Notes: generated from the letters alone by a model not told the origin. 64,000 bases of DNA from Macrostomum lignano (GCA_002269645.1 NIVC01001138.1:1-64000), one strand, 5' to 3'. Positions 38,720-53,422 are shown, numbered from the stretch's first letter. Made by a program: numbers and translations.

Positions 38720-39530
38720 TCTAAAACTACCTAATCCCAAAAACTAGCAAATCCTGAAAACTACCAAATCCTAAAATCTAACAAATCTCAAAAACTACCA
38801 AATCCTAAAATCTACCAAATCTCAAAATCTACCAAATCCTATTATCTACTGAATCCCAAAAACTACCAAATCCCAAAAAGCTACAAAATCCCAGAAACTA
38901 TACCAGATCCAAAAACTACAAAATCTTAGAAACTACCAGACCCAAAAACTACCAAATCCTAAAATCTACCAAATCCTAAAATCTACCACATCTCAGAAAC
39001 TACCAAATCCTAAAATCTACCAAATCTCAAAAACTACCAAATCCTAAAATTTACCAAATCTAAAAAACTACCAAATCTCAAAAACTACCAACTCCTAAAA
39101 CTTACCAAATCTCAAAAACTACCAAATCTCAAAAACTACCAAATCTCAAAAACTACCAAATCCTAAAATCTAGCAAATCTCAAAAACTACCAAATCCTAA
39201 AATCTACAAAATCTCAAAAACTACCAAATCCTAAAATTTACCAAATCTCAAAAACTACCAAATCCTAAAATCTACCAGATCTCAAAAACTACCAAATCCT
39301 AAAATCTACCAAATCTCAAAAACTACCAAATCCTAAAATCTACCAGATCTCAAAAACTATCAAATCCTAAAATCTAGCAAATCTCAAAAACTACCAAATC
39401 CTAAAATCTACCAAATCTCAAAAACTACCAAATCCTAAAATCTAGCAAATCTCAAAAACTACCAAATCCTAAAATCTACCAGATCTCAAAAGCTACCAAA
39501 TCTCAAAAACTACCGAATTCCAAAAACTAC
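38720..39530. repeat. 17/34-bp A/C-rich minisatellite (AAATCCTAAAATCTACC AAATCTCAAAAACTACC)n
   Basis: Period of 17 measured. Confidence 0.92.
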
Positions 39531-40199
39531 TAATTCCAGCTATTCCCGACCAAAGTAATCAGGTGCTTCATTAATTTGACCCAGAAAGTGTCCTGGAGTG
39601 AACCGTTTTGTTTAAAATAATTTTTCTTAACACATTTCTATGTTGTGCTAGACAGCACGATTGGTTTTAACAAAAAATTTTTTTACCACAGAATTGTTTC
39701 AAAGTTGTCAGACTGTAAATTGTTCATTCTTAGCCTATTAAGAATTTTCTGTCATATTGAACTGTTCTCAAAGAATAATTATCTAGTCAAAAATACGTCT
39801 CTCAGCGTGTTTAATCATCACATTTTATCTTGCATATTTTCCTGGCCACTTCTTTATTCGAGCCCAGATATTGCAGACAAGTTTTTGCTGTTTTCTGTCA
39901 ACTTATTTAGCAAATGTAAGTTTTTTGTGACCCTGTATGTAGTAATGCTTTTCTGCTTTTGCTGTCTCTCGGTGGCCTGTCTGTCAGTCTGTCAGTGTCT
40001 GGCCTGTCTTTTTTGCAGAATCAATTGGATTCTAAAACTGATTTTGCGTTGAAAAAGTGAAAAGAATTTAAAGAAGTCCGGAATGGCAGACTAGAAGCTG
40101 ATTTCGATCAAAGTTTTAGGAACAAATTTTTTGTTTTGATGCAGAACTGTTTTGAATGATTGAATTCTTATCATTGTTAACAGAGTCTATAATTGGAAT

Positions 40200-40770
40200 C
40201 TGGCCGTTGCCATGGGCGATCTTTGCCATCGCCATGGGGAATCCTTGCCGTTGTTATGGAGAATCCTTGCCGTTGCTATGGGGAATCCTTGCCGTTACTA
40301 TGGGGAATCCTTGCCGTTGCTATGGGAATCCTTGCCGTTACTATGGGGAATCCTTGCCGTTGCTATGGGGAATCCTTGCCGTTGCTATCGAGAATTTCTT
40401 GCCATTGCTATAAGGGATTCTTGCCGTTTCTATGGGGAATATTTTCCGTTGCTATGGGGAGTCTTTGCCGTTGTTATGGGGAGTCCTTGCCGTTGCTTTG
40501 GAGAATCCTTGCCATAAAAATATGGAATCCTTTCCGTTGCTATGGGGAATTTCTTGCCATTACTGAGGGATTCTTGCCGTTACTATGGGGAATCCTTGCC
40601 GTTGCTATGGAGAATCCTTGCTGTTGCTATGGGAAATCCTTGCCGTTGTTATGGAGAATCCTTGCCGTTGCTATGGGGAATCCTTGCCGTTGTTATGGAG
40701 AATCCTTGCTGTTGCTATGGGAAATCCTTGTCATTTCTATGGGGAATCCTTGCGATTGCTATCGAAAAAC
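40200..40770. repeat. 22-bp minisatellite (GGGAATCCTTGCCGTTGCTATG)n, copy 2
   Basis: Same unit and orientation as 37830-38230. Confidence 0.92.
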
Positions 40771-41499
40771 ATTGATAATTTTAACAACTAATAACTAAAC
40801 TCGGCAAATTATTAAATTTACTTTCTCTAATCAGAAACGTTAACTGCCTTTTTTGAAACAGTTCTATCAAAACCAGCTCATCATATATGACTTGAGAGAC
40901 TTAGAATCAAACGATGTTGTACAAACAGCTGAAATAGAATTATAAGAATTCGTTCAACTTAATAAATATTAGCTTCGGTGACCAGCACAAGCATTCATAA
41001 CACTGCTTGTTAGATATGCCTAAAAAGACAGACAGACAGGCGTACAATCATGCTGCAGAATGTGTCAGGGTTAAAAATCAGTTTTTTTAATCTTCTTGCT
41101 TTTCTTTCAAAGAAGACATTAACAGAAAAATAAATTAATGTTCCAATCTGATATTAACCATCAAGCTGGATTTAATGTTGAAAACTCTTTGACTTTAAGA
41201 CACGGGTGTAAATCTTTCCTCTGAGTTTCGCATTGTCAGGCACTGTACACTGTGTTTTTGGGAGGCTCCAGAATGATTGAGGAAATGAAAAAAGTCATTT
41301 CAAGAGCTGAATTGATAAGTTGAAAGTGACAGTCAGGGTTTGCATGTAGTTTAATAAGTTTTTTCAAGTATTTTCCCCATAAAAGTTGTTTACGTGCCTA
41401 TGGAAAGTACAGATTATCCACAGGCTACGGCTAATCACTGCAGATCAAAATTACTGCCTGACATGAGGAGAAAATATGCAACATGGGATGACAGAAGGT

Positions 41500-42240
41500 G
41501 ACAAAGGGTGACAGGGGGTGACAGAGGCCGTGACAGAGAGGGACCGAGGGTGACAGGGAATCATAGAGGGTGACAAGGAATCATAGAGGGTGACAGGGAA
41601 GCATAGAGGGTGACAGGGAGTCATAGAGGGTGACAAGGAATCATAGAGGGTGACAGGGAGTCATAGAAGGTGACAGGGAATCATAGAGGGTGATAGGGAA
41701 TCATAGAGGGTGACAGGGAAGCATAGAGGGTGACAGAGAAGCATAGAGGGTGACAGGGAATCATAGAGGGTGACAGGGAGTCATAGAAGGTGACAGGGAA
41801 TCATAGAGGGTGACAGGGAATCATAGAGGGTGACAAGGAATCATAGAGGGTGACAGGGAGTCATAGAGGGTGACAGAGAATCATAGAAGGTGACAGGGAA
41901 TCATAGAGGGTGATAGGGAATCATAGAGGGTGACAGGGAAGCATAGAGGGTGACAGGGAGTCATAGAGGGTGACAGGGAATCATAGAGGGAGGCAGGGAG
42001 TCATAGAAGGTGACAGGGAATCATAGAGGGTGACAGGGAGTCATAGAAGGTGACAGGGAATCATAGAGGGTGACAGGGAATCATAGAGGGTGACAAGGAG
42101 TCATAGAGGGTGACAGGGAATCATAGAGGGTGACAAGGAGTCATAGAGGGTGACAGGGAATCATAGAGGGTGACAGGGAAGCATAGAGGGTGACAGAGAA
42201 TCATAGAAGGTGACAGGGAAGCATAGAGGGTGACAGAAGA
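41500..42240. repeat. 20-bp minisatellite (TCATAGAGGGTGACAGGGAA)n
   Basis: Read directly. Confidence 0.94.
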
Positions 42241-42816
42241 TCACAGAGGGGCTGAAAAATGGCAGCCCAGTGGGGAGAAATGAGAATCGAGAGACAGAGT
42301 GAAAGGAACTTAACCTAATGCATAAATATATAACATGCAAGTTAGGGACACACGGCATCAAAATTATAGTACATGTTACTCAGCCGCAAATCAGACAGAT
42401 AATTTATCGTCCAATTTCCGAAAATCAAGGCTCCGCTAAAGTATGCTTGACAATAAAAAACTGACTTACATCTGCCTGTATAGTCAGCTGTTATTCTGAT
42501 CATCTAATTTCTCCCTCAAGAGTCGTTTATAAAGTAGGTAATTTAACTTCGGCTGGCGGGTTATCAGGCGAAGGAGAGAGCCAGAGAGCCAGAGCAGAGA
42601 CAGCAGACGGGCCAAGCTGACTGGCTGGGAGCTGCAGAGAGGAAATGAGGCAAAGCCGCCATCGGCATCAGGGAGTCTGAGACTGCAGCGCTCAAAAGTG
42701 AGATCTTGGGACAAATCTCGAATCGCTCTGATCCCCTTAGATTTCGGCAGATAATTTGATCTTAGATCTGGCTTCGCGTGCAACTGATAACTAAAAAATA
42801 CCGAAGAAAGCAGCCA

Positions 42817-43182
42817 ATGTCTTTGCAAAAGCAGAAGACTTCAACGGAAATGGCTATTGGGAATTGCAGCAGCCAGGTTGATCCGTTCGACTTGTTCAAG
42901 ACCTATTTCCTGTCCTGGTTCATGCCTCTGCTGCTTCTAGTAGGATTCTGCGGCACTGCAATTAACCTGCTGATCCTGCTGAAAAGTCGCGTCTTTCAGA
43001 AGACAACTTCTGTTTTGTTCTCTGCTTTAGCTGTGGCGGACCTCATTAACCTGGTGTTCGCTGCCAGCTACCTTTATGTTTCCGTGTACTGGGATCTGGA
43101 CCCCATGCAGTTGTCACCTGTAGGATGCCGCATTGTGCCATACCTGGAAGCGATCGGCTACTGGTTGTCACCCTGGATTCAG
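42817..43182 (+). CDS. Rhodopsin-family (class A) peptide-type GPCR, exon 1 (N-terminus, TM1-TM3)
   Basis: GNCS sequon, TM1 LLLLVGFCGTAINLLILL (GN site), TM2 FSALAVADL, extracellular GCRI, TM3 YWLSPWIQ then phase-0 GTGATT. The start is ATG 42817 or 42850. Confidence 0.88.
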
Positions 43183-43984
43183 GTGATTTTTTATTTATGA
43201 CCCATTGCTATTAATAACTATTAGCTATGGAAGCTCTAGTTCTAGAGAGTCTGGGAAGATATCAAGGAATCAAAGTTTGTGTAATTAGGGATCTGAGAGT
43301 ATGTTGAAATCTAGAGACGTTATAAGGAGATCTAGAGGCATCTTAGGGAAATCTAGAGGTGTTATAGGGAGATCTAGAGTGTTATACAGAGATCTAGAGG
43401 CATCTTAGGGAAATTTAAGGGCTTCTTAGGGAGATCTAGAGGCATCTTAGGAAAATCGCTCCTAAGTTTTGAGATGTTGTACCTAAAATCTCTAAGTGTA
43501 CAAATGAAATAAGGGTCATGTAAGGGCATTTTTGGGGGATTAAAGTAAATTAGGATAATAACAATATTTCGACTTTCTCGGCATCATCAGTCTTGGAATT
43601 GTCACGACCTTCATCAGCCTTTCCCCGAGCAGGCGAACTGACTTCATAATAATGAGGTTGAGCACTCGCCACGACTCTACTCAGAAGTTCGAGTCTTATA
43701 GCTAAGCCTAGTCTCCAAATTAAGCTTTTGGCGAAGTGAGACTTCTTCTTACCTCAGGAGAAAAAGAAAAAAACTGCCACAGGGCGAAAGGTCCCTAAGA
43801 TTATAATTATCTTTGCCAGACCGAACTTCTACTTTGAGATCGACTCAGTGCCCGTCTAAATCTCACGGATCTTTTTCAAACTCTGCATAGGTTTCTAGCA
43901 GCTTTCAGCTGAGACTGCTTATCGCTGTTTGCAGTGAGGGCGCCACTGCACTCTGCCTTTTGTCCTTGCTGCTGTCTCTTAATT

Positions 43985-44590
43985 TCCCTCTCCCTGTCTC
44001 CCTCTCTCCCTGTCTCCCTGTCTCCCTCTCTCCCTGTCTCCCTCTCTCCCTCTCTCCCTGTCTCCCTGTCTCCCTGTCTCCCTGTCTCCCTCTCTCCCTG
44101 TCTCCCTGTCTCCCTGTCTCTCTGTCTCCCTCTCTCCCTGTCTCCCTCTCTCCCTGTCTCCCTCTCTCCCTGTCTCCCTCTCTCCCTGTCTCCCTCTCTC
44201 CCTGTCTCCCTCTCTCCCTGTCTCCCTGTCTCCCTGTCTCCCTGTCTCCCTCTCTCCCTGTCTCCCTCTCTCCCTGTCTCCCTCTCTCCCTGTCTCCCTC
44301 TCTCCCTGTCTCCCTCTCTCCCTGTCTCCCTCTCTCCCTGTCTCCCTCTCTCCCTGTCTCCCTGTCTCCCTCTCTCCCTGTCTCCCTCTCTCCCTTTCTC
44401 CCTGTCTCCCTCTCTCCCTGTCTCCCTGTCTCCCTCTCTCCCTGTCTCCCTGTCTCCCTGTCTCCCTCTCTCCCTCTCTCCCTGTCTCCCTCTCTCCGTG
44501 TCTCCCTGTCTCTCCGTGTCTCCCTATATCCCTCTCTCCCTGTCTCCCTCTCTCCGTGTCTCCCTGTCTCTCCGTGTCTCCCGGTCTCTC
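43985..44590. repeat. CT-rich tandem repeat
   Basis: Read directly. Confidence 0.92.
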
Positions 44591-45109
44591 TTTCATTCTC
44601 CGTCCGCCTCTCTAACTTCCCCTTATCAAATTTTCATCATTCTTCATATTTTCTGACCTCGTACATCCAACCATTTGCGATCTTATATAGATTCGCATCT
44701 CAAATCTTCTAACCATCGGACTACGGAGATTCGTGTTCGTCACTCTTCAAATAAAAAAGTTACATCCCAGCATCCGCGCAGAGCCTCTGGACGTCTGGTA
44801 TCTGCGGCATCTTTCGCTGTGCAAAAAAGCAATTTTTTTGACATCAGAATAGAGAATCGGATTTATACCATCGATTTCAATACAAAAAATGTCTGTATAA
44901 ATAAAGACTGTCTTTGAAAGCATCAAAGCTTTCGCTTAGATGACCAAAATTAACAGATGAGCGCGCAAAAGGAAAAATAGGAATAAAATTTGCATCGGAT
45001 CTGCAGTCTGTTTGATCGAAATTTGAGTTCCGTGATTCTCTTTGAAGATTTGAGGATCACGTGATATGAGGCTTTACGCATGACTCTTTATTCACGGATG
45101 AGATTAACC

Positions 45110-45720
45110 TATCCTACCCTCTGTCCGATCCTCTCTTCTACTCCTCTCTCCTACCCTCTCTCCTACCCTCTGTCCGATCCTCTCTTCTACTCCTCTCTCC
45201 TACCCTCTCTCCTACCCTCTGTCCGATCCTCTCTTCTACTCCTCTCTCCTACCCTCTCTCCTACCCTCTGTCCGATCCTCTCTTCTACTCTCTCTCCTAG
45301 CCTCTCTTCTACCCTCTCTCCTACCCTCTCTCCTACCCTCTCTCCTACCCTCTCTCCTACCCTCTCTCCTAGCCTCTCTCCCACCCTCTCTCCCACCCTC
45401 TCTCCTAGCCTCTCTCCTAGCCTCTCTCCTACCCTCTCTCCCACCCTCTCTCCTAGCCTCTCTCCTAGCCACTCTTCTACCCTATCTCCTACCCTCTCTC
45501 CCACCCTCTCTCCTAGCCTCTCTCCTAGCCACTATTCTACCCTATCTCCTACCCTCTCTCCTACCTTCTCTCCTACCCTATCTCCTACCCTTTCTCCTAC
45601 CCTCTCTCCTAGCCTCTCTCCTAGCCTCTCTCCTAGCCTCTCTCCTACCCTCTCTCCTACCCTCTCTCCCACCCTCTCTCCTACCCTCTCTCCTACTCTC
45701 TCTCCTACTCTCTATTCTAC
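45110..45720. repeat. 12-bp CT-rich repeat (CCTACCCTCTCT)n
   Basis: Read directly. Confidence 0.9.
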
Positions 45721-46129
45721 CCATCTCAACCTCTCTCTTGAACCAGCTGAGACAATCAGGTGCTTAGAGATTCTTCTATCACCTGCTTGTTCTAACAACA
45801 TCCGTGAAATTAGTGAGGAAACGAATTTTACAGAATCTGCTTCTAATGCGCCTGTCTTCTTACCACAATATCGCGTTCCTCAGTGCCAGGGAAGGAATCC
45901 TTTAAGCCTCAGTGGGTCAATATTTGCACCGCTGTCAAAGCACTCAAAATACGTTACTGGAAAGTGCTCAACGTAAACTCACTCTCTAAGCATAGTTTGG
46001 ATTGTACTATTTTATCATCGTATAGGATCGTTGAAGGTGGAACATGCAGATAGAACAGTCATCTTTTAATATATAACAGGTGGAACAGGTATGCAGAACA
46101 GGTATCATTTAAGCTATACAACATGTGTC

Positions 46130-46600
46130 ACTGAAGCTATAGATCAGGTAACATTAGCTATAGAACAGGTATCATTGAAGCCATAGAACAGGTATCATTG
46201 AAGCTATAGAACAGGTATCATTGAAGCTATAGAACAGGTATCATTGAAGCTATAGAACAGGTATCATTGAAGCCATAGAACAGGTATCATTGAAGCTATA
46301 GAACAGGTATCATTGAAGCTATAGAACAGGTATCATTGAAGCTATAGAACAGGTATCATTGAAGCCAAATAACAGGTATCATTGAAGCCAAATAACAGGT
46401 ATCATTGAAGCCATAGAACAGGTATCATTGAAGCTATAGAACAGGTATCATTGAAGCCATAGAATTGGTATCATTGAAGCTATAGAACAGGTATCATTGA
46501 AGCTATAGAACAAGTATCATTGAAGCCATAGAACAGGTATCATTGAAGCCAAATAACAGGTATCATTGAAGCTATAGAACAAGTAAACTACAAAACAGGT
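46130..46600. repeat. 23-bp minisatellite (AAGCTATAGAACAGGTATCATTG)n
   Basis: Period of 23 measured. Confidence 0.93.
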
Positions 46601-47189
46601 ATCACTGGAGCAGAAACACTTGAAAATCAACTACCGCTTGTTAAAAATATTACAGACATCAGCTCGGCACAGATTCCTCATCAGTGTGAAACGAACTAAC
46701 AACTAGCAAGCAGCTACATCTGTCACTAACGCCCTATCTTAGCTCTCTTAGAAGCCGATATCCTATCAACAAAAACACACACTAATTTCGTAACAGAACC
46801 TGTAGCGTTTTCCCATGTTAATGGATATGGCTGGGTCTCATACTGTAGTAACTGTATATGCTACTGAGCACGCATGAGAGAGTATTTCCGATTCCGAGTC
46901 AGACACATCCATATCCGCTCTCGGCCCGCATGTGTGTCCGGGTGATCGATTGACTATAGAGAGTTGAGTTTTGTCCAAAATTGTAGCAAAATTCTATCAA
47001 TACGGTGAGATAGGGTGCATGGAGTATGGAGTATATGGTGAGGTAGAGCGGTTTAGATTGAAATTATTTTATTCAGTGCTTTGCTTAACATATCTGATCT
47101 CTTCTTCTGGATAATCGCTTCTTCTTCTTCTTCTTTTGTCGTAGAAATTCGATCCACTCTTTCTCTGCCTCCTCTCTCCTTATCTACAT

Positions 47190-47700
47190 GTACCTATCTA
47201 CTTATCTACCTCTACTTATCTACCTCTACTTATCTACGTCTACTTATCTACCTCTACTTATCTACCTCTACTTATCTACGTCTACTTATCTACCTCTCTC
47301 CTATCTACCTCTCTCCTATCTGCCTCTCTTCTATCTACCTCTCTTCTATCTACCTTTCTCCTATCTACCTCTCTCCTATCTACCTCTCTTCTATCTACCT
47401 TTCTCCTATCTACCTCTTTTCTATCTACCTCTCTCCTATCTACCTCTCTTCTATCTACCTCTCTCCTATCTACCTCTCTCCTATCTACCTCTCTTCTATC
47501 TACCTCTCTCCTATCTGCCTCTCTTCTATCTACCTTTCTCCTATCTACCTTTCTCCTATCTACCTTTCTCCTATCTACCTTTCTCCTATCTACCTTTCTC
47601 CTATCTACCTTTCTCCTATCTACCTTTCTCCTATCTACCTCTCTTCTATCTACCTCTCTCCTTTAAAATCCTCTCTCCGATCTACCTCTCTCCCATCATC
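47190..47700. repeat. 15-bp CT-rich repeat (CTATCTACCTCTCTC)n
   Basis: Read directly. Confidence 0.9.
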
Positions 47701-48075
47701 TGCCCTTTGAGAAGTCGCTCATTCTCCATCATAATCTCTTCTTTGTTCCTGACCATTAATTGCCGGTCTCATTTAAACTTTAGAGTCAAGTTGTCAATAT
47801 TATAAAGCTGTCCAACATTGTCAATCATTTCCATTGTTGTTTGCAATTTTATTGAAACTACCTTGCTTCGTTGAGTGAATTTTAAATAGAGATTAGTAAA
47901 TCTGAATGTATCACGCGTATTGAAACAGTTGAGTAATGAAACGTTAGATTAGATTTGTTTGATTGGAAAAATCACAGATTTTTTTACGAGTATATAGCAT
48001 GCAATTCATATACTAGTTATTTAAATTAATTATTTGACTTTATTAATCCAACTTGATCGTTTATGACCCGACCCG

Positions 48076-48972
48076 TCAGCAAGTGATGGCGGCGCCAGAG
48101 GCGGTTGTGCCATCAGCTTCCATTGTGCCAGCGGGTGACACCGCGCCTGAGGCGTCCCCGGTGGATGCGAGAGAGGAGCCGCCCTGTTCCGTCCTGTTGG
48201 CATTGAAGGCCATCGCCGAGAAGGCCTGGCAGTCTTGATCGGTGGCCGAGGCCAGGCGCTGGCAGATGCAGGGCCGGGAGATCTCAGCAAAGCCGCTGCT
48301 GCTGGAACTTTTCGACCGGGAGATCATTCGTCTCAGAGACTTGCTGCGCCGTTCGCGATCTTTCACGGTTCGCCGGCGCTCCTTGGAGCTGGCCGACTCA
48401 AACTCGGCCATGTCCCGCAGGCGGTTGTTGAGTCTGGTGCTGAACTCCGTAGCTGCGTCCTGATCGGTGAAGGCCAGCCCGTGGACTGCGCCGTTGCCGT
48501 AGGTCTCATCTGACACAGTCTGGAAGTGCATGCTCATGGCCACGTAGCTGGTGACGGAGTAGACTCGAAGGCTCCACAGAGGGAAGCAGGTGCCAAGGTG
48601 TGCCAGGATCAGCTCGGATTGGACAAATTTTTCCGTTGGCTCAAAGTTCGGCATCAGCAGGATGAGAGCGCTGGGGCCGAAGACGCTTTTCCAAGTTGTG
48701 TACTGCTGGTGGTGAGGCTGGTGCATCTGGTGCTCAGTGACCACTTTCAAGTAGAGCGACACCAGGCAGGGGCAGACATAGCAGGTGGCGGCCTGGCTTG
48801 AGAACGTGATTCGCAGCTTCTCAATGTCGTCACTGCTGAGCTTTGATCGATCAGCCAGCTCCAGCTGTTCTGCTGAGTTACGCTCCATCACATCGTTGAA
48901 GCTGAGCAGCTCCTGGCTCTCTGGACCGGCTGCTGCAGCTGCTTTTGGGGGCGGGTTGAAGTGCTTTGGTGA
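48076..48972 (-). CDS. WH1/EVH1 (PH-superfold) domain protein with a basic stretch and degenerate CRIB-like motif, nested antisense in GPCR intron 1
   Basis: LILAHLGTCFPLWSLRVYSVTSYVAMSMHFQTV...GLAFTDQDAATEFSTRL resembles the WASP-type WH1 pattern (W..E.Y..F.Y....FHTF..D....GLNF.DE.EA..F), followed by KERRR...RRSKSLRR and AEISRPC. The frame stays open upstream of ATG 48888 into the (CAGT)n tract; the true 5' end is uncertain. Confidence 0.72.
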   Translation of the reverse strand, partial: SPKHFNPPPKAAAAAGPESQELLSFNDVMERNSAEQLELADRSKLSSDDIEKLRITFSSQAATCYVCPCLVSLYLKVVTEHQMHQPHHQQYTTWKSVFGPSALILLMPNFEPTEKFVQSELILAHLGTCFPLWSLRVYSVTSYVAMSMHFQTVSDETYGNGAVHGLAFTDQDAATEFSTRLNNRLRDMAEFESASSKERRRTVKDRERRSKSLRRMISRSKSSSSSGFAEISRPCICQRLASATDQDCQAFSAMAFNANRTEQGGSSLASTGDASGAVSPAGTMEADGTTASGAAITC

Positions 48973-49194
48973 CTGACTGACTGACTGACTGACTGACTGA
49001 CTGACTGACTGACTGACTGACTGACTGACTGACTGACTGACTGACTGACTGACTGACTGACTGACTGACTGACTGACTGACTGACTGACTGACTGACTGA
49101 CTGACTGACTGACTGACTGACTGACTGACTGACTGACTGACTGACTGACTGACTGACTGACTGACTGACTGACTGACTGACTGACTGACTGACT
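48971..49194. repeat. (GACT)56 microsatellite
   Basis: Perfect tract, 224 bp. Confidence 0.96.
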
Positions 49195-49619
49195 AACTTA
49201 ATAACTAAATTACGACAGGCGAAGCATGAAAAAAACATCTGAACAGCTACGAACTTTCGAAGAAAATTTTGCGTGACGCACAGAACTTGGAGAAATTTTC
49301 TATAATCAGCTTGCAGCTCGTAGAAGCAGCAATTCTACACTGCTTCAAGTCAGCCACCGAAGACAAAAAGCAGACACTCGGCAATGATAAACACGGTAAT
49401 TAGATCTCGCAGTTCAAGCGTACCGACTGAGGCGGGCTTTACCTCAAATTTTGTGCTTCTTTTCTCTCTCTGACAGGCGTGATTTATTAACGAAAAAGAT
49501 AGTCTGAAGGCAATGCAAGGATCCAAGACTATGCAGCCTTGCATTGATTCACAGGTGCATTGGGGATTTTCCATCAGAGAGAGTGCCGCTTCATTTGAAG
49601 GGCACTAATTAACTCTAAG

Positions 49620-50640
49620 AGGGCGCCATCTCATTTGAAGGAGGCGCCATCTCATTTGAAGGAGGCGCCATCTCATTTGAAGGAGGCGCCATCTCATTTG
49701 AAGGAGGCGCCATCTCATTTGAAGGAGGCGCCATCTCATTTGAGGGAGGCACCATTTCTTCTATGGGGTTCCCATTTCATCTATGGGGTTGCCATTTCAT
49801 TTGATGGAGGGCGCCATTTCATCTATGGGGGCGCCATTTTTTCTATGGGTTTGCCATTTCATTAGAGGGAGGCACCATTTCTTCTATGGGGTTGCCATTT
49901 CATTTATGGGGTTGCCATTTCATCTATGGGGTTGCCATTTCATCTATGGGGTTGCCATTTCTTCTATGGGATTGCCATTTCATCTATGGGGTTGCCATTT
50001 CTTCTATGGGGTTGCCATTTCTTCTATGGGGTTGCCATTTCATTTGAGGAAGGCACCATTTATTCTATGGGGTTGCCATTTCATCTATGGGGTTGCCATT
50101 TCATCTATGGGGTTCCCATTTCATCTATGGGGTTGCCATTTCTTCTATGGGGTTTCCATTTCTTCTATGGGGTTGCCATTTCATTTGAGGGAGGCACCAT
50201 TTATTCTATGGGGTTGCCATTTCTTCTTTGGGGTTGCCATTTCATCTATGGGGTTGCCATTTCATCTATGGGGTTCCCATTTCATCTATGGGGTTGCCAT
50301 TTCTTCTATGGGGTTGCCATTTCTTCTATGGGGTTGCCATTTCATCTATAGGGTCGCCATTTCATCTATGGGGTTGCCATTTCATCTATGGGGTTGCCAT
50401 TTCATCTATGGGGTTGCCATTTCATCTATGGGGTTGCCATTTCATCTATGGGGTTGCCATTTCATTTGAGGGAGGCACCATTTATTCTATGGGGTTGCCA
50501 TTTTTTCTATGGGGTTCCCATTTCATCTATGGGGTTGCCATTTCATCTATAGGGTCGCCATTTCATCTATGGGGTTGCCATTTCATCTATGGGGTTGCCA
50601 TTTCATCTATAGGGTTGCCATTTCATCTATGGGGGGCGCC
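49620..50640. repeat. 21-bp (GGCGCCATCTCATTTGAAGGA)n grading into 20-bp (GGGGTTGCCATTTCATCTAT)n
   Basis: Read directly. Confidence 0.93.
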
Positions 50641-51229
50641 ACTTCATCTAACCAAAGAGCAGTCACTGGAGCAACCGCACTCACCTGTCGACTCCATAAC
50701 AGTCAGTCAGCTAATAATTCTCCTTAACTATCGAATACCACTCGAGCCTTGACCGTCCGTTCAGTTTTATTAAAACAAAACTCGCATAGAAATCGCTAAA
50801 ACTTCTGCGGCTCTGACAGGAAGCTCTCTAATATCTGAATTTGGCAAAATTTCGGTTTATAAATCTTCAAGTCAAGCCGTCGCTATTTACAAAGCGAAGT
50901 AAGGGATGCCGATTTGCTTGTAGCCAAGTCAGCTGCTGAACTGTACAAAGCTGGCGATAGAGAGCCAGAGAAGTGAGAAATTTCTTACAGATTTTAAAAG
51001 CTCGATATAAAATGCGTTTATTCGCGCCCACCCCCTTTTCTCCACGGTCCTGCAGTGGCGGTGCCGGTTTGGCTCCAACCCAAATGTAGCTGCAGGGCCG
51101 AAGTAGAGAGTGAAAGTGTGTTTCGATAGACACCACCGAGTGCTGGTGCGCTTCGCTTGTTTGTAGCGGTGTGGTTGGTTGGAAGGCTTTAGTTGAACTG
51201 AGGTCTGGGGTTTCTTGTATAGTCTCTTG

Positions 51230-52235
<1,006 letters not shown>

Positions 52236-52984
52236 TCGAGAGTACAGTCAGCAGCTGAGTCACAGGAGAAACAAACAATTGCAGAATTTCTCAACCTCAA
52301 AAGTTGCCACCCAGAAGAGAAAGCAGGGCAGAGAATTTTGTTGAATTAAAAATATGGAAACTGCGCATCTCCAAGGTCCACCATAACGCTAGATAAAGTT
52401 TCCAAACTGAAATTGCACTGCATATTTACAAACTCACAGCTGCATAAAATCCAAGTCTTGATAGCTAGTTTGCTTACAAATTTCGGAATAACATTAGAGA
52501 AGAATTAGAGGCAGATAACTACATAAAGGTTTTTTTAGCCATCGTAGCCATATGTTAATCGAAATTAATCTTTTAATAAACTAGAAGCTGCGCTTTTAAT
52601 AGGACCACACAAATGAATAGGTGTTATTTATCTGCTTTCACTGTCAACTATCATTGACTTTTATTATAAAGACATTTCTTTTCAAGGGGAAGAATTTGCA
52701 AGGAATCAAGTGACATTGCAGTGTCTATCAAAACGTGTTTGATTTGTGTTGTTTATCCTAGGTAGCACGTGACTTCGTATTAACAACATGGAATAGAATA
52801 GTAAGTGCTAGTGTCTGCTTACAGTAGTAAAGTTCAAATTTTATTAAGCTTTATTCGTACTTGAATCAGCTAGCATATGAAAATAAAAAGAATATATTTT
52901 GCTCTACGAGCTATTTATTGACCTGCAAATATAGGAAATTGCTTGTAAAAAATCAGCCATTAATCCACAATTCAAATTCGTATC

Positions 52985-53132
52985 AATCTACCAATCTACC
53001 ATTCAATCAATCTACAAATAAATCAACCAATCAATCTATCTATTAATAATCTACCAATCTATCAACCTACCAATAAATCAATCTATCAATCAACCAATCA
53101 ATCAATCTATCAATCTATCAATCTACCAATCT

Positions 53133-53169
<37 letters not shown>

Positions 53170-53302
53170 CCAATCAATCAACCAATCAATCAACCAATCA
53201 ATCAACCAATCAATCAACCAATCAATCAATCAACCAATCAATCAATCAAGCAATCAATCAACCAATCAATCAATCAACCAATCGATCAATCAACCAGTCA
53301 AT

Positions 53303-53333
<31 letters not shown>

Positions 53334-53374
53334 CCAATCAACCAATCAATCAATCAACCAGTCAATCAATCAAT

Positions 53375-53405
<31 letters not shown>

Positions 53406-53422
53406 CCAGTCAATCAATCAAT

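Noticed and set aside
45725-45960. Minus-strand reading ...GALEADSVKFVSSLISRMLLEQAGDRRISKHL, faintly like a retrotransposon restriction-like endonuclease tail
   Set aside because: Short, contains a stop, and has no adjoining RT sequence; too weak without a profile search.
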